A stretch of 64,000 bases of DNA from a virus, in IMG/VR virus record IMGVR_UViG_3300009001_000006, positions 1 to 64,000 of that record. The stretch is one strand, 5' to 3'. The notes beneath the pieces were generated by a model. That model ran no database searches, was not told the origin of the DNA, and worked only from the letters and a program-made list of their open reading frames with translations. Position numbers and translations under genes: made by a program. Positions 47,045-56,527 of this stretch are shown in pieces; the stretch's first letter is position 1; each line of letters begins with the position of its first letter.

Positions 47045-48919
47045 ATGTACACCCCATTACATGTACACACGCATTATAGCTTATTGGACGGCATCTCAAA
47101 ACCTGATCAGATAGCAAAAAGATGCAAAAAGCTTGGCATTAAATCTTGCGCCATTACCGACCATGGCACAATATCTGGTAATATAGATTTCTATAAAACC
47201 ATGAAGAAAAACGACATTAAACCCATATTGGGTTGTGAGCTATATATCAGTCCAGATGCATCTGTAAAAAACAAAGACAACAGATCTTTGTCACATTTAG
47301 TTGTATTAGCTAAAAATTATGATGGATGGCAAGACTTAATAAAGATAGTTTCACGATGTAATAGCGAGGATTTCTTTTATTATAAACCTAGAATAGATCT
47401 CAAAAATATTAAAGACAATATTGCTACTAAAAATCTTATCTGCATTTCTGGTCATCCTGGCTCAACTTTAGCCAATAGTATTTATAGTTTTACTGATCAG
47501 TCATTAGTTGATAGTTGGGAGAATAAAGCAAAAGAACATATTGATATCTTGCAAGAAACTTTTGGTAAAGATAATGTTTTTATTGAAATCCAATTAATGG
47601 ACACAGAAAACAAAGATCAACAAATTATAGGCAAATCATTAAGATCTTACGCACAAAAAAATGGCATTCAAAGGGTTGCTACTATAGACGCTCATTATTG
47701 CGAATCTATCGATGCTGTTGATCAAAGAGTTTTATTGTGTAGTTCACTAAAAACTACCCTGCCCGATGTATCAAATAAAATAATCAATAATCAAGAAGTG
47801 GCGTTATCAACATTTTTTACTTCTGATAAATATTACATTTTATCACCAGAAGAAATGAATCAACTTCATGATGATGAGGAAATTAGTAATACATTGAAAA
47901 TAGATCAAATGTGTGAAAATTATGATATCTTAAAACCACCACAGCTTCCTTCTTTTGATTGCCCAGACAATCAATCTCCTATAGACTATATTAGAGAATT
48001 ATGTAGAGTAGGTTGGAGAGAGAAAATACACAACAAAATACCTAAAGATAAACAAGAAATATATGTAGAAAGAGTTAAAAAAGAATTGGAAGTTTTGGCT
48101 GGAGCTAATCTATCTAGTTATTTTTTGATAGTAAGGGATATAGTAAATTATGTTAAGTCTATAAATTGCTTACCCGGCCCAGGTAGAGGTAGTGCAGCTG
48201 GATGCTTAGTTTCCTATTTAATAGGTATCACAGCAATAGACCCAATACAGTATGATTTAATCTTTGAAAGATTTTATAACACTGGACGTAATACAGAAAC
48301 TCGCATATCCATGCCAGATATCGACGTTGATGTACCTATCGAACACCGAGAAGATATTATCAATTATATTAAGGAAAAATACGGATATGATAAAGTATCA
48401 CAAATGATCACATTTAACACCCTTAAGGGCAGGGGTGCCCTAAAAGAAGTATTAAGAGTTTATGGGAATATTTCTTTTGAAGAAATGAATAAAATCACCA
48501 AAAACATTCCTGATGAAGCTAAAATTGCTGATGAATTACAGGAAATGAAAGATGAAGATGGTGGAGCTTCTATAATTAGATGGTCTTTAGAAAATAATGG
48601 TGATAAATTAAAAGAATGGTGCTATCTAGATGATGATGGTGAACTACAAGGTCCACTCGCTAAAAGATTTGAACAAGCAATACGTCTTGAGGGATCTAAA
48701 TATAATCAGTCAAAACATGCTGCTGGTATCGCCATTGCTAATAATTCATTAAACACAATATGTCCAATGATTTGGGACACCAAGGCTAATCAAAACATAG
48801 CTGGTTTTGAAATGGGTGATTTAGAATCTATAGGTGTGATTAAATTTGATATTTTAGGTATAGCCCTATTAGATAAAATGATGCTCGCAAAAGAACTATT
48901 AAATGTAAAGGCTTTATAA
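47045..48919 (+). CDS. dnaE: DNA polymerase III alpha, N-terminal fragment (PHP + palm/thumb)
   Basis: LHVHTHYSLLDG, TDHG, GRGSAAG, FERF, PDIDVD, HAAG, KFDILG. Confidence 0.95.
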   Translation: MYTPLHVHTHYSLLDGISKPDQIAKRCKKLGIKSCAITDHGTISGNIDFYKTMKKNDIKPILGCELYISPDASVKNKDNRSLSHLVVLAKNYDGWQDLIKIVSRCNSEDFFYYKPRIDLKNIKDNIATKNLICISGHPGSTLANSIYSFTDQSLVDSWENKAKEHIDILQETFGKDNVFIEIQLMDTENKDQQIIGKSLRSYAQKNGIQRVATIDAHYCESIDAVDQRVLLCSSLKTTLPDVSNKIINNQEVALSTFFTSDKYYILSPEEMNQLHDDEEISNTLKIDQMCENYDILKPPQLPSFDCPDNQSPIDYIRELCRVGWREKIHNKIPKDKQEIYVERVKKELEVLAGANLSSYFLIVRDIVNYVKSINCLPGPGRGSAAGCLVSYLIGITAIDPIQYDLIFERFYNTGRNTETRISMPDIDVDVPIEHREDIINYIKEKYGYDKVSQMITFNTLKGRGALKEVLRVYGNISFEEMNKITKNIPDEAKIADELQEMKDEDGGASIIRWSLENNGDKLKEWCYLDDDGELQGPLAKRFEQAIRLEGSKYNQSKHAAGIAIANNSLNTICPMIWDTKANQNIAGFEMGDLESIGVIKFDILGIALLDKMMLAKELLNVKAL

Positions 48920-48920
48920 T

Positions 48921-49097
48921 ATGAAATTTAAAGACGTTCAGGTTGGTCAGAGATTTATCTATAAGCAATTAGAATATCTAAAAGTAACAGAAATGAAAAA
49001 AAGTTGCTGTAAGATAGAATATAATGCAGTAAAATTACAAGACAATTCTAACATATTATTTGAATATAAAGCAGAAGTGGAGTTAGTTAATGATTAG
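48921..49097 (+). CDS. Small hypothetical protein (58 aa), not in ORF track
   Basis: MKFKDVQVGQRFIYKQLEYLKV...CC...NAV...EVELVND*; fills the gap and overlaps the next start. Confidence 0.65.
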   Translation: MKFKDVQVGQRFIYKQLEYLKVTEMKKSCCKIEYNAVKLQDNSNILFEYKAEVELVND

Positions 49098-49785
49098 AAA
49101 TAAAATTTGTGTATTTGATTTTGAAACAGACGGTAAGGACCCGAGTGTGTGTAGTCCTGTTCAATTATCTGCTGTTATAGTAGATCCTATCAAATTAGAG
49201 ATCGTGAAAGACTCTCAATTTAATACCTTATTAAAGCCAGAAAAATTGGATGATGATGTAGACAATCCTTATACAGACTCTGACATATTAGAATGGCATG
49301 GTAAAGTTAGGTCTATTTCTGCAGAACAGGTTTTGTCTGAATGGAAAGAATATCCCAACCAGAAACAATCATGGTCACAATTTGTATCTTATTTAGATAA
49401 ATATCATTCTAAAGCCAATGGTGGTAAAAAATCACAGTTTACAGCGCCTATAGCTTGTGGATATAATATCCTCAGATTTGATATGGCTATTGTGGATAGG
49501 CTTAGCGTCAAGTATAATAACGTAAACAAAGAAAAGAGCACATGTTTGTTTCATCCTAGAGATAAAATCGATTTGATGCATGTAATGTTTTTATGGATGA
49601 GTTACGTTTCCGAAGTAAGATCACTATCTTTAGATAATATGCGTGATTATTTAGGATTAAGTAAAGACAATGCGCATGATGCAGTTAAAGATGTTGAGGA
49701 TTGTGCTAAAATATTAATAAGATTTCTTAGGCTACATAAAAATTTAAGCAGTAAAATACAATTTAAGGGTGCTTTTAGCTCATGA
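49090..49785 (+). CDS. DEDDh 3'-5' exonuclease (DnaQ/epsilon-like)
   Basis: VFDFETDG, GYNILRFD, AHDAVKD. Confidence 0.9.
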   Translation: MIRNKICVFDFETDGKDPSVCSPVQLSAVIVDPIKLEIVKDSQFNTLLKPEKLDDDVDNPYTDSDILEWHGKVRSISAEQVLSEWKEYPNQKQSWSQFVSYLDKYHSKANGGKKSQFTAPIACGYNILRFDMAIVDRLSVKYNNVNKEKSTCLFHPRDKIDLMHVMFLWMSYVSEVRSLSLDNMRDYLGLSKDNAHDAVKDVEDCAKILIRFLRLHKNLSSKIQFKGAFSS

Positions 49786-51392
49786 AGACTATTACTTTTG
49801 CAGACTGTGCTTGTGAGTTTCCTGTCGATGAAAACGGAAAAATTGATTTAGATATTAGTTTAGAAAATATCTGTCTAAGTTGTAATAAAACTTGGAATTT
49901 GATTTCTGAGGGTAATACAAAGGGTTGCTTTCAGCTGGAATCTAGGCTCGGTCAAATGATGTCCAAAAAATTAAAACCTAATAATATTGAGCAACTTTCT
50001 GCCCTAATTAGTATTATGAGGCCGGGATGTCTAGAGGCTTATCGTGATGGAAAATCGGTTAGCAATCATTATATAGACAAAAAGAATCAAGAAGAAGAAG
50101 TAGATTTCTTTCACGAGTCTTTAGAGCCGATATTAAAAACCACTTATGGAGAAATGGTTTATCAAGAACAGGCTATGCAGATATGTCAGAAAGTAGCTAA
50201 TTTTGACCTTACTGAAGCTGATAGACTCAGAAAAGCAATTGGTAAGAAAAAGCCAGAAGAAATGAAGAAAATCAAAAAACTTTTCATTAAAAAAACAGCC
50301 GAAACCAAAATATTATCAAAAGAAGAAGCTGATCAGGTATTCGGATGGATCGAAAAAAGTCAGAGATATAGTTTTAATAAAAGTCATGCTGTTAGTTATG
50401 CATATAACGCTTATCTATCGGCCTATATTAAAGCTCATTTTCCTAAACATTTTTTTGCATCTTATCTTAAATTTGCTAAAGATAAAATAGACCCGCTCAA
50501 AGAAATACAAGAATTAATTAATAACGCCAACCAAATGGGAATTGATGTGTATAAACCAAGCATATCAAAGCCAAGAGAAGAGTTTTTTATAGACGAAAAT
50601 GATCACCAGATATATTTTGGTCTTACTGATATTAAGGGCGTTGGGGGATCTGTATATCAAAAAATTATAGAGATATTAAATAATATTAATCTTAAAGATA
50701 TTAGTTTTGGAGAATTATATTGTAAATTTTTTCAACATATTAATTCTACAGCCGTTAAAGCCCTGATTTCTGTTGGCGCTATAGACTGTTTGTCTATCTC
50801 AAGAAATAGAATGCTATTCTACTATGATTGTTTAAATAATTTAACAAGTAGAGAGTCGGGTGTTATTGAAAATATTTTTCAAAAAGAAAAAGAGATTGAT
50901 AAAGCTTTAGGTTTATTGGTTGATAATACAGAAAAGAAATTGACTGCGAAAAGAAAGGATGTTATCCTATCAATTATCAACAGTATACATAAGCCACCCT
51001 ACAGTCTACAGGATAGTCCAGAATGGATAGCAAGTAATGAGAGATTTTATTTGGGTATATCTTTGACTTGTCACAAAATAGATGGTTGTGATATTTATTC
51101 TGCTAATGTAGAATGTAAAGATTTACTCAAAAGTGGCTGTCCAAAACAGCCGGTTTTAGGTGCTGAAATTGTAGATATCAATGTTATAAAAACTAAAAGA
51201 GGGCTTAATCCAGGTCAAGAGATGGCTTTTGTTAAAGCAGAGGATTCTACTGGTGCTTGCGATCTGGTTATTTTCCCCGAAGAATTTAATAAATACAAGG
51301 ATTTACTAATGGAAGGAAATACCCTATTATTAAAATTAGATAGATCCAAGAATAAGGATTCTTTTATAGTAAAGAAATGCTGGCAAGTGTAG
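49782..51392 (+). CDS. dnaE: DNA polymerase III alpha, C-terminal fragment (fingers, HhH, OB)
   Basis: GCFQLES, RPG, TYG..VYQEQ, ADRLRKAIGKK, YSFNKSHA, GLTDIKGVG, MAFV..ED. Confidence 0.93.
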   Translation: MKTITFADCACEFPVDENGKIDLDISLENICLSCNKTWNLISEGNTKGCFQLESRLGQMMSKKLKPNNIEQLSALISIMRPGCLEAYRDGKSVSNHYIDKKNQEEEVDFFHESLEPILKTTYGEMVYQEQAMQICQKVANFDLTEADRLRKAIGKKKPEEMKKIKKLFIKKTAETKILSKEEADQVFGWIEKSQRYSFNKSHAVSYAYNAYLSAYIKAHFPKHFFASYLKFAKDKIDPLKEIQELINNANQMGIDVYKPSISKPREEFFIDENDHQIYFGLTDIKGVGGSVYQKIIEILNNINLKDISFGELYCKFFQHINSTAVKALISVGAIDCLSISRNRMLFYYDCLNNLTSRESGVIENIFQKEKEIDKALGLLVDNTEKKLTAKRKDVILSIINSIHKPPYSLQDSPEWIASNERFYLGISLTCHKIDGCDIYSANVECKDLLKSGCPKQPVLGAEIVDINVIKTKRGLNPGQEMAFVKAEDSTGACDLVIFPEEFNKYKDLLMEGNTLLLKLDRSKNKDSFIVKKCWQV

Positions 51393-51394
51393 AC

Positions 51395-51422
51395 TTGACT
51401 GCATCAGACAGAGTGCTATAAT
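51395..51422 (+). promoter_or_regulatory. sigma70-type promoter for ssb
   Basis: TTGACT-16 nt-TATAAT with TGn extension; AGGAG RBS. Confidence 0.8.
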
Positions 51423-51468
51423 AGGTTAGATTGTTACTTAACTTTTTTGAAATGAAATAGGAGCTATT

Positions 51469-51864
51469 ATGAATTTAGTAATTTTGAGAGGCAACCTTGC
51501 TAGAGACCCAGAACTTCGTTATGTTAATCCTTCTGGGAGAGAAACAGCTGTAATTAATTTTACTGTTGCTGTATCTAGAGAATTCACCAAGAATAATGGT
51601 GAACAAGATAAGGTTACCACATTTGTTAATTGTGAAGCCTGGGATACTGGAGCAGAAGCTATCGGAAATTCCTTCAGGAAGGGAGATCTCGTTATGATCG
51701 AGGGATCATTAAGAAATGACACCTGGGAAAAAGATGGTGTTAAAAGATCCACAATGAAGGTTAGAGTTAATAATTTTGCTCGTATACAGAAGGTGTCGAA
51801 ATCTTCTGGAAAGACGGCAGAGGAAAGTAAGGATAGTAGTGAGGAACCCGCTGTAGCCTTCTAG
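51469..51864 (+). CDS. ssb: Single-stranded DNA-binding protein
   Basis: MNLVILRGNLARDPELRY, F.NCEAW, KG..V.IEG.L....WE, acidic tail ending in F. Confidence 0.95.
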   Translation: MNLVILRGNLARDPELRYVNPSGRETAVINFTVAVSREFTKNNGEQDKVTTFVNCEAWDTGAEAIGNSFRKGDLVMIEGSLRNDTWEKDGVKRSTMKVRVNNFARIQKVSKSSGKTAEESKDSSEEPAVAF

Positions 51865-51884
51865 TTTTTTGGTTGCTGTGGTGA

Positions 51885-51923
51885 GTGCGGGAGTCTTGTT
51901 GTGGGGGCTCCCGCACATTTTTT
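51885..51923 (+). terminator. Rho-independent terminator after ssb
   Basis: GTGCGGGAG...CTCCCGCAC GC-rich stem followed by ATTTTTT. Confidence 0.85.
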
Positions 51924-51942
51924 ATCAGGATAATAACTTCTT

Positions 51943-53565
51943 ATGCCCTCTAAAAATAAAAAACTTAAAATCTTATTTTGTACAGAGTCTGGGCATGTAC
52001 ACTCGGGCTACGGTAATTATACCAGATCTCTGTTAAATCGACTCTATAATAGAAACAAATATCATATTGCAGAATTCTCATGTTATAGAAGTTGTGATAT
52101 ACCTAAAACAGAACCGTGGAAGGTTTATCCAAATGCAGTTGTTAAAAATGACGATAGGTATGAATCATATATTGCTAATACCACAAATCAATTTGGGCAA
52201 TGGCGTTTTGATGTTGTATTAGCAGATTTTAAGCCTGATGTTGTTGTAGACTTTAGAGATATCTTCATGTCGTTGTATCAGGGAACATCGGTATTTCGTA
52301 ATAAATTTCATTGGGTTTTAGCCCCAACAATCGATTCCATACCATTAAAACAAGAATGGTTATCTGCGCTCAGAAACTGCAACACATTATTAACACACAC
52401 AGATTGGGCCAAAAACGAACTAAACAATATGTACGATTTAGATGTTCGTGGGGTGGTCAAAGATTCTGTAGATACTGATATTTTTAAGCCAGAGAAACAA
52501 ATTTCTGCTAGAAAAAAAACAAACATACCTCTAGATGCTTTTGTTGTTGGTAGTGTAATGAGAAACCAAAAAAGGAAACTAATACCGAATATTTTAAAAA
52601 TTACACAAAAGCTAAAACATAAAAACCCAAATAAAAAAATATATTTGTATTTACATACCAGCTATCCAGAAGGGCAGGGATGGGATATACCAAGCCTATT
52701 ATTAAAATATGGTGTGCAATCTAATATTCTATTCTCTTATAAATGCAAGCATTGTCAGTCTTGGACACCCATGACATGGCATGGCGAGGTTTGTATATGT
52801 CCAAAATGCAATCAGAAAAAATTATCTATTTGTAATGTAAATAATGGATTATCTGACGATCAACTATCTGATATATATAATTCAATGGATATATATTTAC
52901 AGTATTCTATATGCGAGGGTTTTGGGATACCACCACTAGAAGCTGCTTCTTGTGGCGTTCCGTTTATTTCTGTCAAGCACGGAGCTATGCTGGACTTAGT
53001 TAAAAGTCTGGGTGGCTATGGTGTTGATATTAAAAACGAATTCACAGAACAAGAGAGTGGAGCAGATAGAGTATATCCAGACGACGACCACTGCGTATCG
53101 CTAATTACTCAACACATGAATTTAGATATAGTGGACATGCTGTCTATGAAAAAAAATATTAGAAATAAGGTTTTGGAACAGCACTCATGGGACAAAACAT
53201 GCACTAATTTTGAAAACATATTTGATAAAATCAAACCCAAAAAACATCAATGGATACCAATTCCTAAAGAACATTTCGAACAAATCAACACTAGTTTAGA
53301 TGACCATCAATCAAACAGAGATTTTGTTTATAGTATGATAAATTCTATCCTAGAAGAGCCAACATTAAAAAAAGAATTTTTTGTACAACAGGTTGTCAAA
53401 GCTTTGGATAGTGGCTATATTATGAATGAGAAGGATGTGGTTGGTTTCAGCAGAAAAGATGCCGTAGATATACTCCAGATGTGGTTTAATAATAAAGTCA
53501 ATCTAAACAGATTACTAGAAGATACATCTATACTAACTAATAAAGATTTCTTAGAGTACAAATGA
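51943..53565 (+). CDS. GT4 (GT-B) glycosyltransferase with Zn-ribbon insertion
   Basis: SGYG, RNQKRK, CKHC..CPKC insert, EGFGIPPLEAASCGVP. Confidence 0.88.
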   Translation: MPSKNKKLKILFCTESGHVHSGYGNYTRSLLNRLYNRNKYHIAEFSCYRSCDIPKTEPWKVYPNAVVKNDDRYESYIANTTNQFGQWRFDVVLADFKPDVVVDFRDIFMSLYQGTSVFRNKFHWVLAPTIDSIPLKQEWLSALRNCNTLLTHTDWAKNELNNMYDLDVRGVVKDSVDTDIFKPEKQISARKKTNIPLDAFVVGSVMRNQKRKLIPNILKITQKLKHKNPNKKIYLYLHTSYPEGQGWDIPSLLLKYGVQSNILFSYKCKHCQSWTPMTWHGEVCICPKCNQKKLSICNVNNGLSDDQLSDIYNSMDIYLQYSICEGFGIPPLEAASCGVPFISVKHGAMLDLVKSLGGYGVDIKNEFTEQESGADRVYPDDDHCVSLITQHMNLDIVDMLSMKKNIRNKVLEQHSWDKTCTNFENIFDKIKPKKHQWIPIPKEHFEQINTSLDDHQSNRDFVYSMINSILEEPTLKKEFFVQQVVKALDSGYIMNEKDVVGFSRKDAVDILQMWFNNKVNLNRLLEDTSILTNKDFLEYK

Positions 53566-54668
53566 AAAATATTCTATATATAGGACCATACAGAGAAAAT
53601 ACTGGTCTTGGTAGATCAGCTAGAAGATATGTCGATGCTTTAGGTTATAATCTAGATATTAATTTATCTATAAGGCCGATATATTTTACCCCATATCTAG
53701 ATCATGGTAATGAGGCCGGAAAAGACTATAACGAATTTGAAGAAAATAGTAGTGCTTCCTATGATATGGTAATACAACATGGCTACCCAAATTGTTTCGA
53801 ATATAGGTATGATTTTGGTGAAAATATAGGAATAGCAGAAGTAGATACATATGGTATAGGGCATACGGGATGGATTGAGCGCATGAATATGATGGATCGC
53901 ATCATAACTCCATCTAATTGGTCTAAATCCTCTATAATGGACGCAGGCTGTAACACACCGGTGCAAGTACTACCAGAACCATTTGATCTTACTAAATTTG
54001 ATCAAGATTATGAGCCTATGTTTAGCGATAAGAATAATGATTTTATTTTTTATTATATCGCAAAACATCAGGACAAAAATAATATCAAAGCATTGCTCGC
54101 GGCCTTTTTATTAGAGTTTCGCAAACACGACGATGTTAAATTAGTGATAAAAACAGATATTAATGGTTTCGATAATCAAGAGTCTGAACATATTGTGGCT
54201 TACGATATACAACAGGTAGAGAGAGCCCTTAGAATTAATGGAAAAAATATACAAGTTCCTAAGGTCATCATTGGTTATTACGAGCAAGAGTATATGTTGA
54301 GATTACATAACCAATGCGACTGCTATGTGGATGTGTGCAGAGCTGAAGCTTTTGGTGCTTCATCAATTGAATCTATGCTTTTTGGTAATGCTACTATTGT
54401 CAATAAAGATACTGGTCCAAATACTTATATCAATAATAAAAACGGGTGGGAAATAGACAGTATTCTAACCAATGTATATAGCAAAGACTTTTATATGGAA
54501 AATACATTTACCATATATGAAAAATGGAAAGAGCCATTTCTAGACTCCATCAGAACAAATATGAGATCGGCTTATGAGTCAACACAACAAGAAAGAAAGA
54601 ACAAAATAAACAATTTTAATAAACAAATTTTTTCAGAGGAGTCTTTCACTAAGGCTTTATTTCAATGA
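53562..54668 (+). CDS. GT4 (GT-B) glycosyltransferase
   Basis: TG.GRSAR.Y, PS.W, RAEAFG...IESM..G. Confidence 0.82.
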   Translation: MKNILYIGPYRENTGLGRSARRYVDALGYNLDINLSIRPIYFTPYLDHGNEAGKDYNEFEENSSASYDMVIQHGYPNCFEYRYDFGENIGIAEVDTYGIGHTGWIERMNMMDRIITPSNWSKSSIMDAGCNTPVQVLPEPFDLTKFDQDYEPMFSDKNNDFIFYYIAKHQDKNNIKALLAAFLLEFRKHDDVKLVIKTDINGFDNQESEHIVAYDIQQVERALRINGKNIQVPKVIIGYYEQEYMLRLHNQCDCYVDVCRAEAFGASSIESMLFGNATIVNKDTGPNTYINNKNGWEIDSILTNVYSKDFYMENTFTIYEKWKEPFLDSIRTNMRSAYESTQQERKNKINNFNKQIFSEESFTKALFQ

Positions 54669-55123
54669 ATTCTATAACTGGTATTTTATCTAGAGAATAT
54701 ATTACTAGAAAAGATAAATTAAATATAGTTTGGACACCAGTGGACCGTTCTGTATTTAAAGAACAAATCAAAAAATTGGGACATAAATTACTATCTTTTG
54801 ATCATTTGTATTTTGGTAAAGATTCCCCACAACTAATTATATGTAATAATAAGGTTTTGTTCTATGAAAAATGTAAAAATATAGCCATTCAATTCCATAT
54901 ACCAATACTAGTAATAGACCATGATCTAAAACCCAAAAATATTAATGATAAAGAAAAATACGAATTACCAGCAATGTATAAAATTGCATTAAGCGAAAAA
55001 ATTGCACAATCATGGAATGAACCCTATCATAAAATACTTGAACCCGACCAAGTGAATAACACAGAATTATGGATTGACATCATATTTAAAACCTCAAAGA
55101 AACTTTTCCAATATTATGAGTAA
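54665..55123 (+). CDS. Hypothetical protein (possibly eroded GT-B fragment)
   Basis: ATGA overlap; alpha/beta pattern. Confidence 0.55.
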   Translation: MNSITGILSREYITRKDKLNIVWTPVDRSVFKEQIKKLGHKLLSFDHLYFGKDSPQLIICNNKVLFYEKCKNIAIQFHIPILVIDHDLKPKNINDKEKYELPAMYKIALSEKIAQSWNEPYHKILEPDQVNNTELWIDIIFKTSKKLFQYYE

Positions 55124-55538
55124 ATCAGTTTTTTTTCACGTTACAGAACAAGAGCTAAGACCTTCAGAAAGCTCTTATGAAAATATATTAAAAATTAATG
55201 AATATAAAGATAATTCATTAGAATCTATAATTTTACAAGACACCTGTGATTATCTTATAAGAGAAGATGTGCCTGTTTTAATCAAAAAGATATGCGGGAA
55301 ATTAATATCTGGCGGTAAACTATATATTCAAGGATCAGACTTCAAGCAGTTGTGTGTGGCTGTTACATTTGATATGATGCCGGAAACAACCATAATGAAG
55401 GTATTATATCCCGATAAAAAATCTATTCATAATATGGGCGAAATACTAAAATATTTAAAAGACAACGATATGAGTATAGTATTAAAAAAATATATTAATA
55501 TCTTTGAATATTATATAGAGGCTGTGAAGGGTGAATAA
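55116..55538 (+). CDS. Degenerate class I SAM-dependent methyltransferase-like protein
   Basis: DNSLESI......DY...D...LIK....L..GGKLYI...D; no glycine-rich SAM motif. Confidence 0.5.
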   Translation: MSKSVFFHVTEQELRPSESSYENILKINEYKDNSLESIILQDTCDYLIREDVPVLIKKICGKLISGGKLYIQGSDFKQLCVAVTFDMMPETTIMKVLYPDKKSIHNMGEILKYLKDNDMSIVLKKYINIFEYYIEAVKGE

Positions 55539-56205
55539 AAACACTAATTTTATATTAGTTGTTGGTAATATGGATAAAAACCATATAGCCGCACAAAAGA
55601 TATACAAAACCAAATTTCTAGACTATCAAATCAGTAGTATACTAAATACATATAATAGGTCTAAGGTTTTTGTTGTTGGTTCGTGGTCAGAAGATTTTAA
55701 GATGCAAAAAATACCTAGAGTTAAATATATTAAATATGACACCAATGATCTATCTAATATTGGACTAGCTATTAATAAATCTATAAAATATATTAGTAAC
55801 TCTTCATTAGCTATAATGAACATAGAAATGTTTTTTGATCATAAAATTTTATCAAAATTAACAATGAAAAACAATGCTATCATAGTTAATCAAAATAATA
55901 AATTCTGCTCTAAAATAGGATGTACCATAGAAAATAATAAAGTGAGTTTTATTTTTTACGAGCTAGAAAATAAAGTATGCGAATTTGTTTATATACACAA
56001 AAATAGTCTGGATAACTTCAAACAAATTATAGAGGATAAGGTTTCTAATAATATGTATCTATTTGAGATATTAAATATACTAATTGAAAATAATATACAG
56101 CTTGATCCCTGTATTACCAATGAAAATATAGTACATATATATAACAATAAAGACATAAATAAAATAAGAAAAACACTGAAAAGAATAAAAAATGTTCCTG
56201 TATAA
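55531..56205 (+). CDS. Degenerate nucleotidyltransferase (GT-A/NTP_transferase)-like protein
   Basis: LDYQI..I, VFVVG, YLFEILN, I.N.KD recall LicC/RmlA-like folds, but the LAAG motif is absent; GTG start. Confidence 0.45.
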   Translation: MNKNTNFILVVGNMDKNHIAAQKIYKTKFLDYQISSILNTYNRSKVFVVGSWSEDFKMQKIPRVKYIKYDTNDLSNIGLAINKSIKYISNSSLAIMNIEMFFDHKILSKLTMKNNAIIVNQNNKFCSKIGCTIENNKVSFIFYELENKVCEFVYIHKNSLDNFKQIIEDKVSNNMYLFEILNILIENNIQLDPCITNENIVHIYNNKDINKIRKTLKRIKNVPV

Positions 56206-56527
56206 AAATAATATTAATCACCAAGACTTACACCTAATTAATTTAGTTAGAGAGGTATCTGGCGAAGAATTTTGTATATTTACAGATCAATTCAATATAC
56301 ATAATAAAGAACTACCATTCTTCCATACTTTCTACCTAAACCAGCTTGTAAAAAAATATGTTTTAGTATCAAGCGACAAGGATTTAGATAATTTATTATC
56401 TATGGGATATGAAAAAGAATATATAATATTATTGAGCGATACCAACATCTATAAACACAGGCTACACATTAATATAAATCAAGAAATAGCAGATATAAAA
56501 TATCAACTACAAGAAATGGTGTCATAA
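56192..56527 (+). CDS. Hypothetical protein
   Basis: Overlapping operon-like ORF. Confidence 0.55.
   Translation: MFLYKNNINHQDLHLINLVREVSGEEFCIFTDQFNIHNKELPFFHTFYLNQLVKKYVLVSSDKDLDNLLSMGYEKEYIILLSDTNIYKHRLHININQEIADIKYQLQEMVS

Noticed and set aside
48800-49900. Split intein or group I intron at the dnaE break
   Set aside because: No intein N-terminal block or HN-C/S/T junction is visible. The intervening DNA is fully occupied by two coupled ORFs, leaving no room for an intron core.
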